63,219 bases of DNA from an uncultured virus (IMG/VR IMGVR_UViG_3300025392_000003) (lineage: Duplodnaviria; Heunggongvirae; Uroviricota; Caudoviricetes), in IMG/VR virus record IMGVR_UViG_3300025392_000003, one strand, 5' to 3'. Under the pieces are notes generated by a model. The model saw only the letters and a program-made list of their open reading frames with translations, ran no database searches and was not told the DNA's origin. A program made the position numbers and the translations under genes. Below, in pieces: positions 34,792-45,030 of the stretch (its first letter is position 1; each line of letters begins with the position of its first letter).

Positions 34792-35232
34792 TTAAAAGGG
34801 CTCCTCGTCAAAGGAACTCTGGGCAGTGGCGGCCGGTGCTGAAGCGGGCTTGGAAGCACCACCCTCGCCACGAACGACCTTTGTGACAGAAGCAGTTGAC
34901 CAACGAAGGTCTGGGCCTGCCGAGTCAACCTTGATGCCGTAGGAACTGCGCTTGTTGCCGTCCTTGTCTTCCCAGTGGCGTTGAGTCTGGGTTCCGGTCA
35001 CGAAGACACGAGTTCCCTTTGACAACGAGTTGACAAAGTTTTCAGCAAGCGAGCCAACGAGAGTTGCGTCAAAATATGACACTTCTCCGTCAACCCAGTT
35101 TCCTGCGTCGTCCTTCTTGCGGCTGGATACGGCAACTGTGATGTTGCAGTAAGCATCTCCGCTCGTGAAGAACTTGATTTCTGGGTCAGCAACTAGGTTG
35201 CCTACTACTGTGGTGTTTGCACCGTTGGACAT
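34792..35232 (-). CDS. ssb: Single-stranded DNA-binding protein
   Basis: TVVGNLVADPE..LSKGTRVFVTG..WEDKDGNKRS..GPDLRW; acidic tail ending DEEPF. Confidence 0.95.
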   Translation of the reverse strand: MSNGANTTVVGNLVADPEIKFFTSGDAYCNITVAVSSRKKDDAGNWVDGEVSYFDATLVGSLAENFVNSLSKGTRVFVTGTQTQRHWEDKDGNKRSSYGIKVDSAGPDLRWSTASVTKVVRGEGGASKPASAPAATAQSSFDEEPF

Positions 35233-35264
35233 TGAAAGTCCTCTCTCTCTAATAGGTAATGCGT

Positions 35265-35546
35265 TTAGTTTCGCCCGTCATCTTGAAGTAAATGACGAAC
35301 GGCTTTAATTGTATCAAGAGAGCGCTTCACTTGTCCAGCCTTTTGGGAAATTATTTCTTGCCGGATTTCGTAGGTTTCCAAACCAGTTTCTTCCTCAAGC
35401 CATTGAACGGCTCGATTCAGCATATCCAAGCGTAGGTTATCCAAAGTGATAGCCGAGCGAAGACCCTCTTCTAAGGCAATTAACTTGATATCTTGCTCGG
35501 TTATTGGTGGCTTTTCCATAGTGGTCTTCACCACTGACGATAACAC
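35265..35546 (-). CDS. Hypothetical protein, apparent paralog of 43368..43691
   Basis: Shares an IA..GL....L....ML.RA.Q pattern with 43368..43691. Confidence 0.55.
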   Translation of the reverse strand: MLSSVVKTTMEKPPITEQDIKLIALEEGLRSAITLDNLRLDMLNRAVQWLEEETGLETYEIRQEIISQKAGQVKRSLDTIKAVRHLLQDDGRN

Positions 35547-35582
35547 GCTAGTTTGGAAAAACTACCGCCGAAAGCAAGTTAT

Positions 35583-35936
35583 TTATGGGGCAACGCTTCG
35601 GTGAGAAGCCGCAAGAGTTCTTAGCCCGTCCATATTAGTTTTGGCAGCCGCTAGAGCCTCACGCAAGGTGGATAGGTTGTTGCGAGCAAGCAACGCCGCG
35701 CGTCGAAGTTCGCTAGTTGCTACAACAGCAGTGTCATCAACGGCGGGGGCGGTTATTTTCTTACCCTCTTCGTTCGCATTAAATCGTGCGAGCAATCGTT
35801 GTTGGGCGTAAGCCGTTTCGTAATCAGTTTCAGCAATCGCAGCGTCGTGACCAGCGGCCCGAATCTCGTCTGTCAATGCCTCAATGTGTTCCTCTAACTT
35901 CTCAATCCGTTCCTGAACTTCACCTTGAGTAAGCAC
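35583..35936 (-). CDS. Hypothetical coiled-coil protein
   Basis: 117-aa helical ORF with an AAGGAG RBS. Confidence 0.6.
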   Translation of the reverse strand: MLTQGEVQERIEKLEEHIEALTDEIRAAGHDAAIAETDYETAYAQQRLLARFNANEEGKKITAPAVDDTAVVATSELRRAALLARNNLSTLREALAAAKTNMDGLRTLAASHRSVAP

Positions 35937-36002
35937 TTCTCTCCTTTATAACTATTACAAATCTATGGCGTAAGCCTAGCCTCTAGCGAGGCCCAAATCC
36001 AA

Positions 36003-36590
36003 TTAGGCGTTGGCTTCTTCGGGCTTTGGACAGTCGGGAAAGGCATCTTCAGGTGCGGCCCACTCACAGAAGCACTCCTGATTCCTCGCCACATACTCGG
36101 CGTGGCTACTTGGAATATCCCAAGTCTCTTCGGTGAGTTCACCATCTCGGAGTTCTCTTTCTCCGCCCCAGCCTTGTTCTTCCTCGTAGTGCCAACAGAC
36201 GGTAAAGCCGTTTTCCTTGCCGTGCTGAAATAGCCATTCCATAATCTTCTCTGGTGGACTCCAAGGAGTTTGGAAGTGATACGAGAGGTGGATACGCCCA
36301 TCGATTTGTGGGAGTTCCTCAAGGGTGGCATCTATCGCGTCCCATTTACAACCCCAATTCTTGATGTTCCACCCATACCAACCGAGTTCGTCATCCATCT
36401 CACGACCGGGGAATCCTACGACCTCGTTGTAAGCCACGAGGTCGGTCGGTGCGACTATGTTCCAAAAAGAGAGTGGTGATTCTACGGTTTCTCCCTTAAT
36501 CTCGTAGGGCTTGCCGAGTTTGTCACGCAAGGCTTCTATCTTTTCCTTGTCGCCAGTAATTCCAACGGTGTTGTAGCACCAATTAGGCAT
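36003..36590 (-). CDS. DUF1281 / YubB-like ferredoxin-fold protein
   Basis: MPNWCYN...WYGWNIKNWGCKWD...FQTPWSPP. Confidence 0.75.
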   Translation of the reverse strand: MPNWCYNTVGITGDKEKIEALRDKLGKPYEIKGETVESPLSFWNIVAPTDLVAYNEVVGFPGREMDDELGWYGWNIKNWGCKWDAIDATLEELPQIDGRIHLSYHFQTPWSPPEKIMEWLFQHGKENGFTVCWHYEEEQGWGGERELRDGELTEETWDIPSSHAEYVARNQECFCEWAAPEDAFPDCPKPEEANA

Positions 36591-36861
36591 CGCTCTCTTC
36601 TTTCTTCTTGATTTGGCAAATGTATGACTTGTCGTATGGGCCGAACGCTTGGAAATCACCTACGCGCTCGAAGCCTATCTGTTCTAGTCTTTCGTCTAGA
36701 TACTTGTATTGCTCAAGTCCGTCTATTGGTCCAACCGGGGTGAACGATTCATCTACGGTTGCGGCAATAGAGCCATCAACGATACGAACAACTTGGTAGT
36801 CATAGGCAGGCACTAATTGAGCATACCTACCCATAACTATTACGGAGTATTCGCTACTCAT
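36583..36861 (-). CDS. Hypothetical protein
   Basis: Start MSSEYS is coupled to the previous stop codon. Confidence 0.5.
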   Translation of the reverse strand: MSSEYSVIVMGRYAQLVPAYDYQVVRIVDGSIAATVDESFTPVGPIDGLEQYKYLDERLEQIGFERVGDFQAFGPYDKSYICQIKKKEESDA

Positions 36862-37478
36862 TACAGCACCCCCAATCGCTTCGCGCATACTGGACCCAAA
36901 CCCCTGTGCCGTGAGGCGGGGACAGTCAAGGTCTTGAGGCAAGCCAAGCAGTTGCCCGACTCGAAAGCGTGAGCCTCGGCTTGTGCGAGGAAAGTCTCAC
37001 GAGCCTTGTCAACGCCACCGGTCAAGAGATACTGAACAGCAGCGAGGGTCTTCTCGCTCACTTGCTTGCTCGCCCACTTCTTTACGCCTTGCTCGGTCAA
37101 GAAACCGAACTTGGTGTAGTTTAGTTCGTTGTTAGGGCCGGTGAGAACGGCAACGATAATCTTGTTGTCGGCCCAAGCCTCTTCGCTGAACTTGAGGGTG
37201 GTGTGGGTTCCGTCACCGTGTTCTACCGTGTAGATGCCAACTGGAATCTTGTTGATTGGTGCGGTGTTGGGGAGAACATTCGTGTTCTCGGTGCGGCCAG
37301 AGACAGACTTGCGTGGTGAAGCCAAGAGAGTCTCGATGACTTGGCTCGCATCCGCGCGAGAAAGCAAGTCGATAGTCAACGCCTGTAGTTCGGCTGGCGC
37401 AACTCGTGAGTTGAGCAAGTCGTTGATGTAGGCAATCTGCTTGTCAGTCGCCTTTACTTCATTCATCGTTGTAGTCAT
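36861..37478 (-). CDS. DUF6011-like protein
   Basis: C-terminal CLACLKTLTVPAS..GLGPVC; N-terminal ATDKQ motif; AAGGAG RBS. Confidence 0.7.
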   Translation of the reverse strand: MTTTMNEVKATDKQIAYINDLLNSRVAPAELQALTIDLLSRADASQVIETLLASPRKSVSGRTENTNVLPNTAPINKIPVGIYTVEHGDGTHTTLKFSEEAWADNKIIVAVLTGPNNELNYTKFGFLTEQGVKKWASKQVSEKTLAAVQYLLTGGVDKARETFLAQAEAHAFESGNCLACLKTLTVPASRHRGLGPVCAKRLGVL

Positions 37479-37602
37479 AGTGTCTCCTTTACTTGTTTCT
37501 ACATAATCCACTATACAGGGGTGTAGTGACATAAGCAAGGATTTCCCTAGATTTCTTGAGAATCCGCCCGATTTTGGCTGATTTACAAGGATAATCTAGA
37601 TA

Positions 37603-37629
37603 CTTGACTAGGGTTTAGTATGGGTATAA
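37603..37629 (+). promoter_or_regulatory. Putative early promoter containing AGGGTTTAGT
   Basis: TTGACT followed by AGGGTTTAGT, upstream of the AAGGAG RBS of 37664. Confidence 0.5.
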
Positions 37630-37663
37630 GATATTTATGTAGGTATTTACAAAGGAGACATAG

Positions 37664-37897
37664 ATGGCTACACCACAGGAATACATCAAGGCAGAGTTCG
37701 GCTCACTCGTGGGGGCGAAGATTACAAATGTTCGCCCGCTCACTGATGCTGAAACCGAAGCCTACGGTTGGGATTCACGCTTCGGCGCAGTTCCTTTCGT
37801 CATCTTCTTGGACAACGGCAAGGCCTTGATTCCAAGTTCAGACGAAGAGGGCAACGACGCTGGCTTCATTTTTGTTGAGGACACCGAAACGAAGTAG
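37664..37897 (+). CDS. Hypothetical protein (stand-alone gene)
   Basis: Has its own promoter, RBS and terminator; PSSDEEGNDAG motif. Confidence 0.65.
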   Translation: MATPQEYIKAEFGSLVGAKITNVRPLTDAETEAYGWDSRFGAVPFVIFLDNGKALIPSSDEEGNDAGFIFVEDTETK

Positions 37898-37916
37898 ATT
37901 TTCCAAATCAGCACTT

Positions 37917-37942
37917 AGCCCGCCCGATTGGGTGGGCTTTTT
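37917..37942 (+). terminator. Intrinsic terminator
   Basis: AGCCCGCCC-GATT-GGGTGGGCT followed by a T-run. Confidence 0.7.
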
Positions 37943-37945
37943 GCT

Positions 37946-38329
37946 TTAGTGGGTGTGGTTCTCTTCGTCTAGTTCGTGGTGCATCTCAACTTCATCGTTG
38001 AGTTCTTCTAGGGACTGATGTGCGAGCAAGAGTGCCGCTTCCGTTTCAGCAAGTCGCTGCTTGGTTTCCAAATCATCGTGGTCGGCTACCCACTTCTCGC
38101 CAAACTTGACTCCCACGACCGCACCAAGAAAGTTGCCACCAATCAAAGCACCGATTTCGATTGGTGATGTTGAGAGCGCATACTTGGCGGCGTAAATCCA
38201 AAATAGGGCGTAGATAGCCTCGAACATACCGCTCAAGATTGCTCGGTTGCGGCTCTCGGCCTGAACCATCAGCGTAGAGGCGATATTGGAAAAGATAAAA
38301 CAGAAGAATGTGATTAGGGCAATTTTCAT
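37946..38329 (-). CDS. Membrane protein
   Basis: Three hydrophobic segments followed by a coiled coil. Confidence 0.6.
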   Translation of the reverse strand: MKIALITFFCFIFSNIASTLMVQAESRNRAILSGMFEAIYALFWIYAAKYALSTSPIEIGALIGGNFLGAVVGVKFGEKWVADHDDLETKQRLAETEAALLLAHQSLEELNDEVEMHHELDEENHTH

Positions 38330-38886
38330 ATGATACCTCTCTCGACCTCTTCGCTATATGTGTTGAGAATCTCTTTCGCATACGCAACTAAATCCGCTGG
38401 GCGTTTACCCGCTGGTTGAGATACTACCCAAAGTTCTAGGTTTTCTATTCTGTTGTCTGCCCTATCACCGTTTATGTGGTGAACATTCTCCGTTTTGGTT
38501 AGTGGTCGGCCCAAATATTCAGACATAACAAGTCTGTGTTCCAAAATCAAACCGTTTTTGTTCATAGCGTTTGGGTGTCCTTTTGCGACAACGACCCTAT
38601 AACCCTCACTATTGATAGAGCCCTCTCCCTTATTTGCAATTTTTCTAGCAAGTGGGTCGCCATAAAGACTAAATGGGCGATAGTGAAGTTTGCAATAACC
38701 ACGACTCATCATTTGGCGTTGGCAATCACTCACCAAACAGATTTTCTTCCTAAACTTGGGGTGAATATAAGTTGGGTCGCCATACTTCCGATTTGTCAAG
38801 TAGTGCTTATTACATAAACCAAAAGCGTAGTGTTTGCTATCGCAGTTATCTACCGAACACCCTACGACTCGTATTCCTCTGGTCAT
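38326..38886 (-). CDS. HNH homing endonuclease
   Basis: EHRLVM..LGRPL..ENVHHINGDRADNRIENLELW; N-terminal C/H zinc repeats. Confidence 0.9.
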   Translation of the reverse strand: MTRGIRVVGCSVDNCDSKHYAFGLCNKHYLTNRKYGDPTYIHPKFRKKICLVSDCQRQMMSRGYCKLHYRPFSLYGDPLARKIANKGEGSINSEGYRVVVAKGHPNAMNKNGLILEHRLVMSEYLGRPLTKTENVHHINGDRADNRIENLELWVVSQPAGKRPADLVAYAKEILNTYSEEVERGII

Positions 38887-38890
38887 TTCG

Positions 38891-39340
38891 TTAGACTATC
38901 AGATTACGCACGAATTTTAATCCCTCATAGTCACTCGAAGAGGCAACGTGGATACCGGCGTGACCTCGGTGGTGGAACTCGCATAGGACCAATAGGTTTT
39001 CAGCACTCTCAACCCAAGCACCCAACTTGTCGGGGTCGGATACGCCCGGGTATTGGCGTTCTAGCCAACCAAGGTCAACGGAGTTCATAATGGCGAACTC
39101 GATGTGGGCGTGGTGGAGTTCTAGGGGCTTGTCTAGCGAGCACTCGGAGAAATCACCACGAACGATTCCAATGTGGCACTGCCACTTCACGGGGTCTTTC
39201 TGCCACTCTCGGCGGATGTGGTTGAAATCTACATAGTTTGGGTCATCTTCGCGCGCTTCGTGTTCAGGGAAGCGGATTGCGTAGTTGTGCGTGACCTTTT
39301 GGATATGGGCGGGCGTGGGCTCGTGATTACTCATCAGCAC
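38891..39340 (-). CDS. HNH-like hypothetical protein
   Basis: C..C..LELHH..NLLVLCEFHH..GIH. Confidence 0.55.
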   Translation of the reverse strand: MLMSNHEPTPAHIQKVTHNYAIRFPEHEAREDDPNYVDFNHIRREWQKDPVKWQCHIGIVRGDFSECSLDKPLELHHAHIEFAIMNSVDLGWLERQYPGVSDPDKLGAWVESAENLLVLCEFHHRGHAGIHVASSSDYEGLKFVRNLIV

Positions 39341-39644
39341 CGTCTAAGGGGTTTCGCTTGACTTTTCCGTGACCGCCTAAGTCAATGTGTCGGTCTAGGC
39401 GGCGTTCGCTATTTTGGATATCTTCCTTGATATCCTCAACGATTGCGATAATCCGAGTGTTTTCTTTGGTGTTGCCCTCTTTGACTTCGGCCAACTGCTC
39501 ACGGAGTTTGTCAATGTCTTCTTTCTTGGCAAGGTTCTTGTTTAGTTTGGAAAACCCGCCAATGAGCGCGCCAAACATCAGCACAAAGGCAAGAACCGTT
39601 TGCCAAATGTTGTATGTGTTCTGATTGACTACTAGACCGAACAT
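39327..39644 (-). CDS. Membrane protein next to the endolysin (holin-like)
   Basis: One N-terminal TM segment plus a coiled coil; coupled to the endolysin gene. Confidence 0.5.
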   Translation of the reverse strand: MFGLVVNQNTYNIWQTVLAFVLMFGALIGGFSKLNKNLAKKEDIDKLREQLAEVKEGNTKENTRIIAIVEDIKEDIQNSERRLDRHIDLGGHGKVKRNPLDGADE

Positions 39645-40726
39645 TAGAAGACCACCTTGTATTGATTCGCCTTAAGGACAGCACCCATAGCCGCCATATT
39701 TGTTGCTTGGGTAAGTGTAAAGCCGTGGCTTAGATAGAACGAACTTGCGGTTTGGGTTGCGGCGGACCATTCACCGTCAGCCTTTACGCCAATAGTCTTT
39801 TGCCACTTCTCAAGGGCAATTTTCGTGGTTCTTCCAAAGTAGCCATCAGCAGAGCCAGCGGGAAGCAGGCCAGCAGTAATCAAGACTTTCTGAATCGCTA
39901 CAACTTTCACACCATACGAACCACTCGTGTAAAGCGGGGTTGGTATTTTGTTTATGCCGGGTTGTGGGGGCTGAACACCAGCACCAGTCCAACGAGCGAA
40001 CCAAGCGGCCACAGCCACGCTCACATCATTTGGGTTCTTCGTGCCGGGGAGTCGGGCAACGCTCGTGTATTGCCACATAGACCAGCCAACGCCACGCCAA
40101 GCGGCAGGGAGAACGGGCAGGGGCAGGGTGCAGACACTCGTGACCTTTTTGTAGCCGAGCGGATAGGCCGGAAGCCAGAGGGTCCAACCCTTGAATAGCA
40201 GAGATGATGACCAAGGCTGGAAAGCCCCCGTGTAGATGATTGGGGTGCGATTGGTTAGGTAGCGAACTCGGTTGAGCCAAGTGACGGCCCATTGTGCGGT
40301 CGCTGCTGGTGATTTACCCTCAACCTCAAGGTCTAGGGCCGGTGGCAACTGACCGCTCGCCCCACCACTCTTGACGAAAAAGTTGGCTGCAAGGGTGGGG
40401 TCGGTGGTCTTAGGTTGGGCGAAGTAGTAGTTGCCGTAAGGGATACCGGCTTTGGTAGCGGCTTTGGTATCAGCAGCCCAATAAGGGTTGATGTAGTGGT
40501 AGCCCTCGGAGTTTTTGATGTAAGCACCAGCCACGCCAGCGACTAGGAGTTTGCCCCAGCCAATCGGGTGAACATTGTTTGATGAGACATCGATAATGCT
40601 CACCCAATTCGCTTTGGCACAGACACTTGGAGTGCCATAGGCAGTATCTCCAAACCCCATAACTAGCGATGCTGATAACAGTAGCCATACGACAAATACA
40701 GATAAGTGTTTTAAGGGGTGCGCCAT
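39644..40726 (-). CDS. Endolysin: GH25 muramidase + peptidoglycan-binding domain, with a signal-like N-terminus
   Basis: IDVSS, YIKNSEG, LPPALDLE, PIIYTG, WQYTS; C-terminal DGYFG.T..AL..WQ...ADG. Confidence 0.9.
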   Translation of the reverse strand: MAHPLKHLSVFVVWLLLSASLVMGFGDTAYGTPSVCAKANWVSIIDVSSNNVHPIGWGKLLVAGVAGAYIKNSEGYHYINPYWAADTKAATKAGIPYGNYYFAQPKTTDPTLAANFFVKSGGASGQLPPALDLEVEGKSPAATAQWAVTWLNRVRYLTNRTPIIYTGAFQPWSSSLLFKGWTLWLPAYPLGYKKVTSVCTLPLPVLPAAWRGVGWSMWQYTSVARLPGTKNPNDVSVAVAAWFARWTGAGVQPPQPGINKIPTPLYTSGSYGVKVVAIQKVLITAGLLPAGSADGYFGRTTKIALEKWQKTIGVKADGEWSAATQTASSFYLSHGFTLTQATNMAAMGAVLKANQYKVVF

Positions 40727-40758
40727 ACCTCACAATTTACAATGAGGTTTGGAAAATC

Positions 40759-41199
40759 CTAGTTCGCCATCTTCGCCAAAAGTGATTTCTGAATAGATGC
40801 TCGTTTAGCGATTTGCTTTTCTCTATAAACAATGCGACACGCTCTACACGGAACTTCACCTAAGTCGATGTGCAACTTAAATCCATTTCCACGCACCTTG
40901 ATTTTGTTTCGGCACGGTGGTTCTTCGGGCTCGAAGTTTGGGTTCGCTGCTAAGTGTCTACGCGCCGCCATAATGCGATTGCGCTCGCTCATATTTAATC
41001 CACCCCAATAGCCAGATGGCTCTTCGGTCGCTATTGCTTGTTCAGCACACTTCTCGTTTACAGGGCAAGTATCACAGAGTTGGAGAATATCTATAGAGAT
41101 TTCTTGTTCCCTAATTGGATAGAAAGCACTTGGGCCGATTCCTACGCAACTCCTTTTTTCTGACCAATTACGAATATCATCATTGGTGTATTTAGCCAC
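40759..41199 (-). CDS. whiB: WhiB-family regulator (second copy)
   Basis: W...SC..FYP..CDTCPV...C...GYWGG..ER; extra C-terminal PC..H..PCRAC. Confidence 0.8.
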   Translation of the reverse strand: MAKYTNDDIRNWSEKRSCVGIGPSAFYPIREQEISIDILQLCDTCPVNEKCAEQAIATEEPSGYWGGLNMSERNRIMAARRHLAANPNFEPEEPPCRNKIKVRGNGFKLHIDLGEVPCRACRIVYREKQIAKRASIQKSLLAKMAN

Positions 41200-41207
41200 C
41201 AGTTCTC

Positions 41208-41477
41208 CTAGTCTTGGGAAAAGTCGCTGCTAATAACGCAACGAATCTTTTGTAATCCCTCAACCTTTGTTTCCGACCAAGAGCCAGAGGGGGTCAAGTT
41301 GTTGTTCTCATAAAGCATTTCAGCAAAGTCTTCTTTGTCGGTGGGTATGTAGCCGAGCGGCGTGATGCGCCCCGCTAATACTCCCTTGTATCGTTCTACG
41401 AGGTAGCCATCTGCCACTCCACCAATACTTCTATTGGGGTTGATACGGCGATAGATAGTTCGCCTTACGACAGTCAC
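41208..41477 (-). CDS. Hypothetical protein
   Basis: 89-aa ORF in the operon. Confidence 0.45.
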   Translation of the reverse strand: MTVVRRTIYRRINPNRSIGGVADGYLVERYKGVLAGRITPLGYIPTDKEDFAEMLYENNNLTPSGSWSETKVEGLQKIRCVISSDFSQD

Positions 41478-41734
41478 TAGGCGTGGTCGTAATAGGCGAC
41501 GCGATACTCAATCTCTTCAGACTCCCAAGGGGATACAACAACAATGTTGTGCTTCGTGAAAAGGTGGTCTTCGATTTCAGCAACCAATTCTGGCGTGAAC
41601 TCTGGCGCACCCGGCGCGGTCCAAAGGTGGACCATATCGGCAACTCGTTGGTCGCCCTTTCCTACATAAAGTTTGTAGGGGTCGTTATTCGGCGGAAGCG
41701 AAAATACGACGACATTATCTGTGGGGCTACCCAT
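41477..41734 (-). CDS. Hypothetical protein
   Basis: 85-aa ORF with an AAGGAG RBS. Confidence 0.5.
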   Translation of the reverse strand: MGSPTDNVVVFSLPPNNDPYKLYVGKGDQRVADMVHLWTAPGAPEFTPELVAEIEDHLFTKHNIVVVSPWESEEIEYRVAYYDHA

Positions 41735-42074
41735 AGTTGTTCTCCTTTTGTTGATGTTGTCGGAGACACTAGTGCGAGCGCACCACTCTTGTCAAGAACC
41801 TACTCGTCGTATCCCGCTAGAACGGCAACGACCGTGACGAACAGCGCAATAGAAGCGAAGAACATTATTCCTCGTCTTTGTATTGCCCGGCAAGCAAAGC
41901 ATTGAACTTGTCAAAGCCAAGTCGCACGGCCATCTCTTCTTCGGTTTCGTGGTTGGTGAAATTAGTCATCTTGTCTCCTTTGTCTGATGAATAGATTATA
42001 GTTCCAAACTAAACCCTAGTCAAGTATTCAGAGCATTCTTGACTTTGGTTGTGGCCGCCGACTAAACTAGGGTT

Positions 42075-42512
42075 ATGTCATTAGACCAACAAGAAAAAGA
42101 ATCAGCACCAACGCAGGAAACAATCCTGTTCGTTGCCTACGGAACGCTACGCAAAGGCGAGCCCTTACACAACTGGATTGAGCAGTCAATTATTAACGAC
42201 CTCGGCCCGATTGTAATCAAGGGGGCGAAACTTTACTACCAGCGTGGTCATCGCTCTTACCCGGTTCTTCGGTGGAGTGGGTCTATCGCTGACAAGGCCG
42301 TAGGTGAATTGTATGAACTCGCCCTCAACGATGACACAATCGCTATGTTGCGAATGGAGTCGGGTGCGGGCTACACAATTAACGAGGCAAGTGTGGAGAC
42401 TCCTAGCGGCGAGTTGCTAGAGGCTACCGTTTGCACTTGGCAATATGAAGTCGGAGATGAAGTTCCGAACAACGACTGGTGTTCGGTCGAGAGGAAAGAG
42501 TGGTGGCGATAA
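42075..42512 (+). CDS. Gamma-glutamylcyclotransferase (AIG2-like)
   Basis: FVAYGTLRKG..H..YP..VGELY..E..Y. Confidence 0.85.
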   Translation: MSLDQQEKESAPTQETILFVAYGTLRKGEPLHNWIEQSIINDLGPIVIKGAKLYYQRGHRSYPVLRWSGSIADKAVGELYELALNDDTIAMLRMESGAGYTINEASVETPSGELLEATVCTWQYEVGDEVPNNDWCSVERKEWWR

Positions 42513-42979
42513 TGCCAAAGAATCAGTTTTCACAATTTATGAACGAAGAAGATTGCGACTATTGCTCTAGTCAATTCGGTATGGATGTGAACCAAGTTCG
42601 GGGTATGAAAGATGTCGAGTGGTTCGACTTCTTTGATTGCACCCCCGAAGACTTGCCTTACTACCTCTTCGGTGATGCTCGTATGAACGAGTTGAGCGAA
42701 GATGCCGAGTTTATGGCTCTCCTAGACGGCTTTGCTGAAAACTTTGAGTATGAAGATGACTTCTCCATCAACGAACGGTTTGATGACCTGATTGAGACTT
42801 TCGGCTCAACGGTCGAGGAAGAGCAAGACCTTTGGACAAGCACTTTCAGCAAATACTCTCCACCTACGCCACTCCGTAAGGCACTTGCCACGAAGCCAAG
42901 AGGTCGGAACAAGTTGGGAACAGGCCTCACGGCTAAGGCTAAGAAGCCAGTTCCTCACTACTTTGTGATTATCAAGTAA
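42512..42979 (+). CDS. Acidic hypothetical protein
   Basis: MPKNQF start is coupled to the GGCT stop. Confidence 0.55.
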   Translation: MPKNQFSQFMNEEDCDYCSSQFGMDVNQVRGMKDVEWFDFFDCTPEDLPYYLFGDARMNELSEDAEFMALLDGFAENFEYEDDFSINERFDDLIETFGSTVEEEQDLWTSTFSKYSPPTPLRKALATKPRGRNKLGTGLTAKAKKPVPHYFVIIK

Positions 42980-43371
42980 TGTCAGACGAACTTCAGTTTT
43001 CACCAGAAGAATCCGCACTCGTTGATTCGTTTGCTGCGGGTATCGCACTCGGAAGCCTCGCCGCTTTCTTCGCCAAAGAAACTAGGGAAACCCCGAATCT
43101 TTCGGTTCTAGATATCTATATGCGTAAGGCTATGAAAAATAGTTTGGAAGAGGCGGGCGAAACCCTTGACCCAAACGAGAGCGAGACTATCGCTTACTTC
43201 CAATTCCTTTGCACTGCCTTTAGTAATGAAACGGGTATTGATTACTACGCCGTTATCTCGGCGTTCTATGGCGCAGCGGCCACCTATTTCAGCAAGAGTT
43301 CGGTTCCAGTCGTATGTGGCGTTGTTCCAAAGGATTTGACTATCCCCGAAGAGTGGCTAAAGGAAAACTAA
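42979..43371 (+). CDS. Hypothetical protein
   Basis: 130-aa coupled ORF. Confidence 0.55.
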   Translation: MSDELQFSPEESALVDSFAAGIALGSLAAFFAKETRETPNLSVLDIYMRKAMKNSLEEAGETLDPNESETIAYFQFLCTAFSNETGIDYYAVISAFYGAAATYFSKSSVPVVCGVVPKDLTIPEEWLKEN

Positions 43372-43691
43372 AGACCCGGGTTGATAATCTTCTTCTGTGG
43401 GATATACAACTTGGCAACTTGGGTTGCGGTCTTAGCCGTTTCTACGGCCTCGTCATATTCTCCGTTTAGACCCTTTGACAACTTGGCGATAATCTCTTCA
43501 GCACTCTGCTTGGTCAATTCGTGGATTACTTGGATAGCGCGCGAAAGCATTGTGCGCTCAATCTCGTGGATGCGAAGAACTTGCTCAAGACCTAACTTGA
43601 CCGCAATCTTGCCGGGGTCGAGTCCCTCGAAATCCAAATTGGTTTCAGCAGCCTCGTTGGGCTCTGGTGTGGTTGCGTTTTCGTCTGTCAT
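43368..43691 (-). CDS. Hypothetical protein, apparent paralog of 35265..35546
   Basis: IAVKLGLEQVLRIHEIERTMLSRAIQ. Confidence 0.55.
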   Translation of the reverse strand: MTDENATTPEPNEAAETNLDFEGLDPGKIAVKLGLEQVLRIHEIERTMLSRAIQVIHELTKQSAEEIIAKLSKGLNGEYDEAVETAKTATQVAKLYIPQKKIINPGL

Positions 43692-44005
43692 ACTGTCTCC
43701 GTCTTGAGGTCTTTTATTCCGGCTACTTCTGCCATCACATTTTGCGAAGCGTGTAGCGATTCCACCAACCGAGTTATCTCTTCGTGAATATCGCTGTCGG
43801 TCGCTATCACAATCCCCATCTCGTTGAGAGACATAACTAGATTGTGTAGAAGACCTTGCTGAATCACGGCAAGGCTAACGGCAGAAACCAGAGCCTCGTC
43901 TTTGGCGATGCGCATCTGTAAGCCATCGGGTAAGAATCCGTCATCAATCGGGCGTTTCCTTACCAACCAAAGGGCGAGTCGCTCTCTGATAGTGAGTCGG
44001 TTCAT
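43688..44005 (-). CDS. Hypothetical protein
   Basis: 105-aa ORF with an ATGA overlap to the next gene. Confidence 0.55.
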   Translation of the reverse strand: MNRLTIRERLALWLVRKRPIDDGFLPDGLQMRIAKDEALVSAVSLAVIQQGLLHNLVMSLNEMGIVIATDSDIHEEITRLVESLHASQNVMAEVAGIKDLKTETV

Positions 44006-44322
44006 AGGTAGAACACTACACGCTAGTTATCCAACAGGGATACCAGATTTGCTACCTCTTGGGCTCTTTTATGGAGTTGGTGAACGGGCTCGCCAGCACG
44101 AACTTTGGAAATAAATACTTCCCCGGTCATACCGAGTTTGACTTCTGCGAACTGGTCAATTCCGAAGCGGATTTCCTCTTTGCTGAATTGGGTCAGAAAT
44201 GATTGCTCGTCAAATAGGTCGGGTTCCATAGCCCAACAATAACAATGGGTTTGGGCGGTCCTTGCTAATGTCACACCCCTTTGGTAAAGTAATAGAGTAG
44301 GGTTTAGTGATAAGGAGACACT

Positions 44323-44634
44323 ATGAGTTATACAAAGGCAGACAAAAGCGCGGAACTTCGCTACGAGTGGGAAGTCGAGCAGCGACTAACTCGCCGTGCT
44401 GAAGCACAGCGCAAGATTGCCGACAAGCCCGCCAGCGACAAGCAGATGGCTTTCTTCCTCTCGCTCGCAAAGGGTCGCACCACTACCAAAGTGGGAAAGG
44501 ATGGCGACTCTTGGCAGGAAGCAATCGACCGCGTCCTCGGCAAGATTCAGGCCGATGCCACCTATCGCCCACGCAACGCTTGGATAAGCACAGCGATTGA
44601 TGCCCTCAAGGGCGAGGAATCAGCCCGCCGATAG
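44323..44634 (+). CDS. Hypothetical protein
   Basis: AGGGTTTAGT motif and AAGGAG RBS upstream; ASDKQ motif. Confidence 0.6.
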   Translation: MSYTKADKSAELRYEWEVEQRLTRRAEAQRKIADKPASDKQMAFFLSLAKGRTTTKVGKDGDSWQEAIDRVLGKIQADATYRPRNAWISTAIDALKGEESARR

Positions 44635-45030
44635 AAGTTTGTGGGCGTATGACAGAACTTCATCTAGGCTCTCGCCAATGATGTTGGTTGTGTCATCGCC
44701 CCACTCTTCGTCATCTTTGTAGAAGACCTCGAACCAGCAGTTATCAAGTTGCTGGATTTGACCGCTTTGGATTAGTTCGGCCAACTTCGCATCATTCTTG
44801 GGTCTGATGTTTATGTCATCGGAGTATCGCCAAATATCGCCCTTGTGGGTCATACGCATTTCACCACAGCAATAGATATCTAGGGTCTTGCCTCGGTATG
44901 TGTATGTGCCTACGAAAGTGTTGCTGCCATAACAGAACCAGTAATCGGTAGTCTTATCCGCTCGGATATCGAAATCCGTTTGGAATACGCCGGGAACTTT
45001 GGCTCTGTATTTAGGCACTCGCTTTGACAC
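44620..45030 (-). CDS. Hypothetical protein
   Basis: 136 aa; NCWFEV motif. Confidence 0.55.
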   Translation of the reverse strand: MSKRVPKYRAKVPGVFQTDFDIRADKTTDYWFCYGSNTFVGTYTYRGKTLDIYCCGEMRMTHKGDIWRYSDDINIRPKNDAKLAELIQSGQIQQLDNCWFEVFYKDDEEWGDDTTNIIGESLDEVLSYAHKLLSAG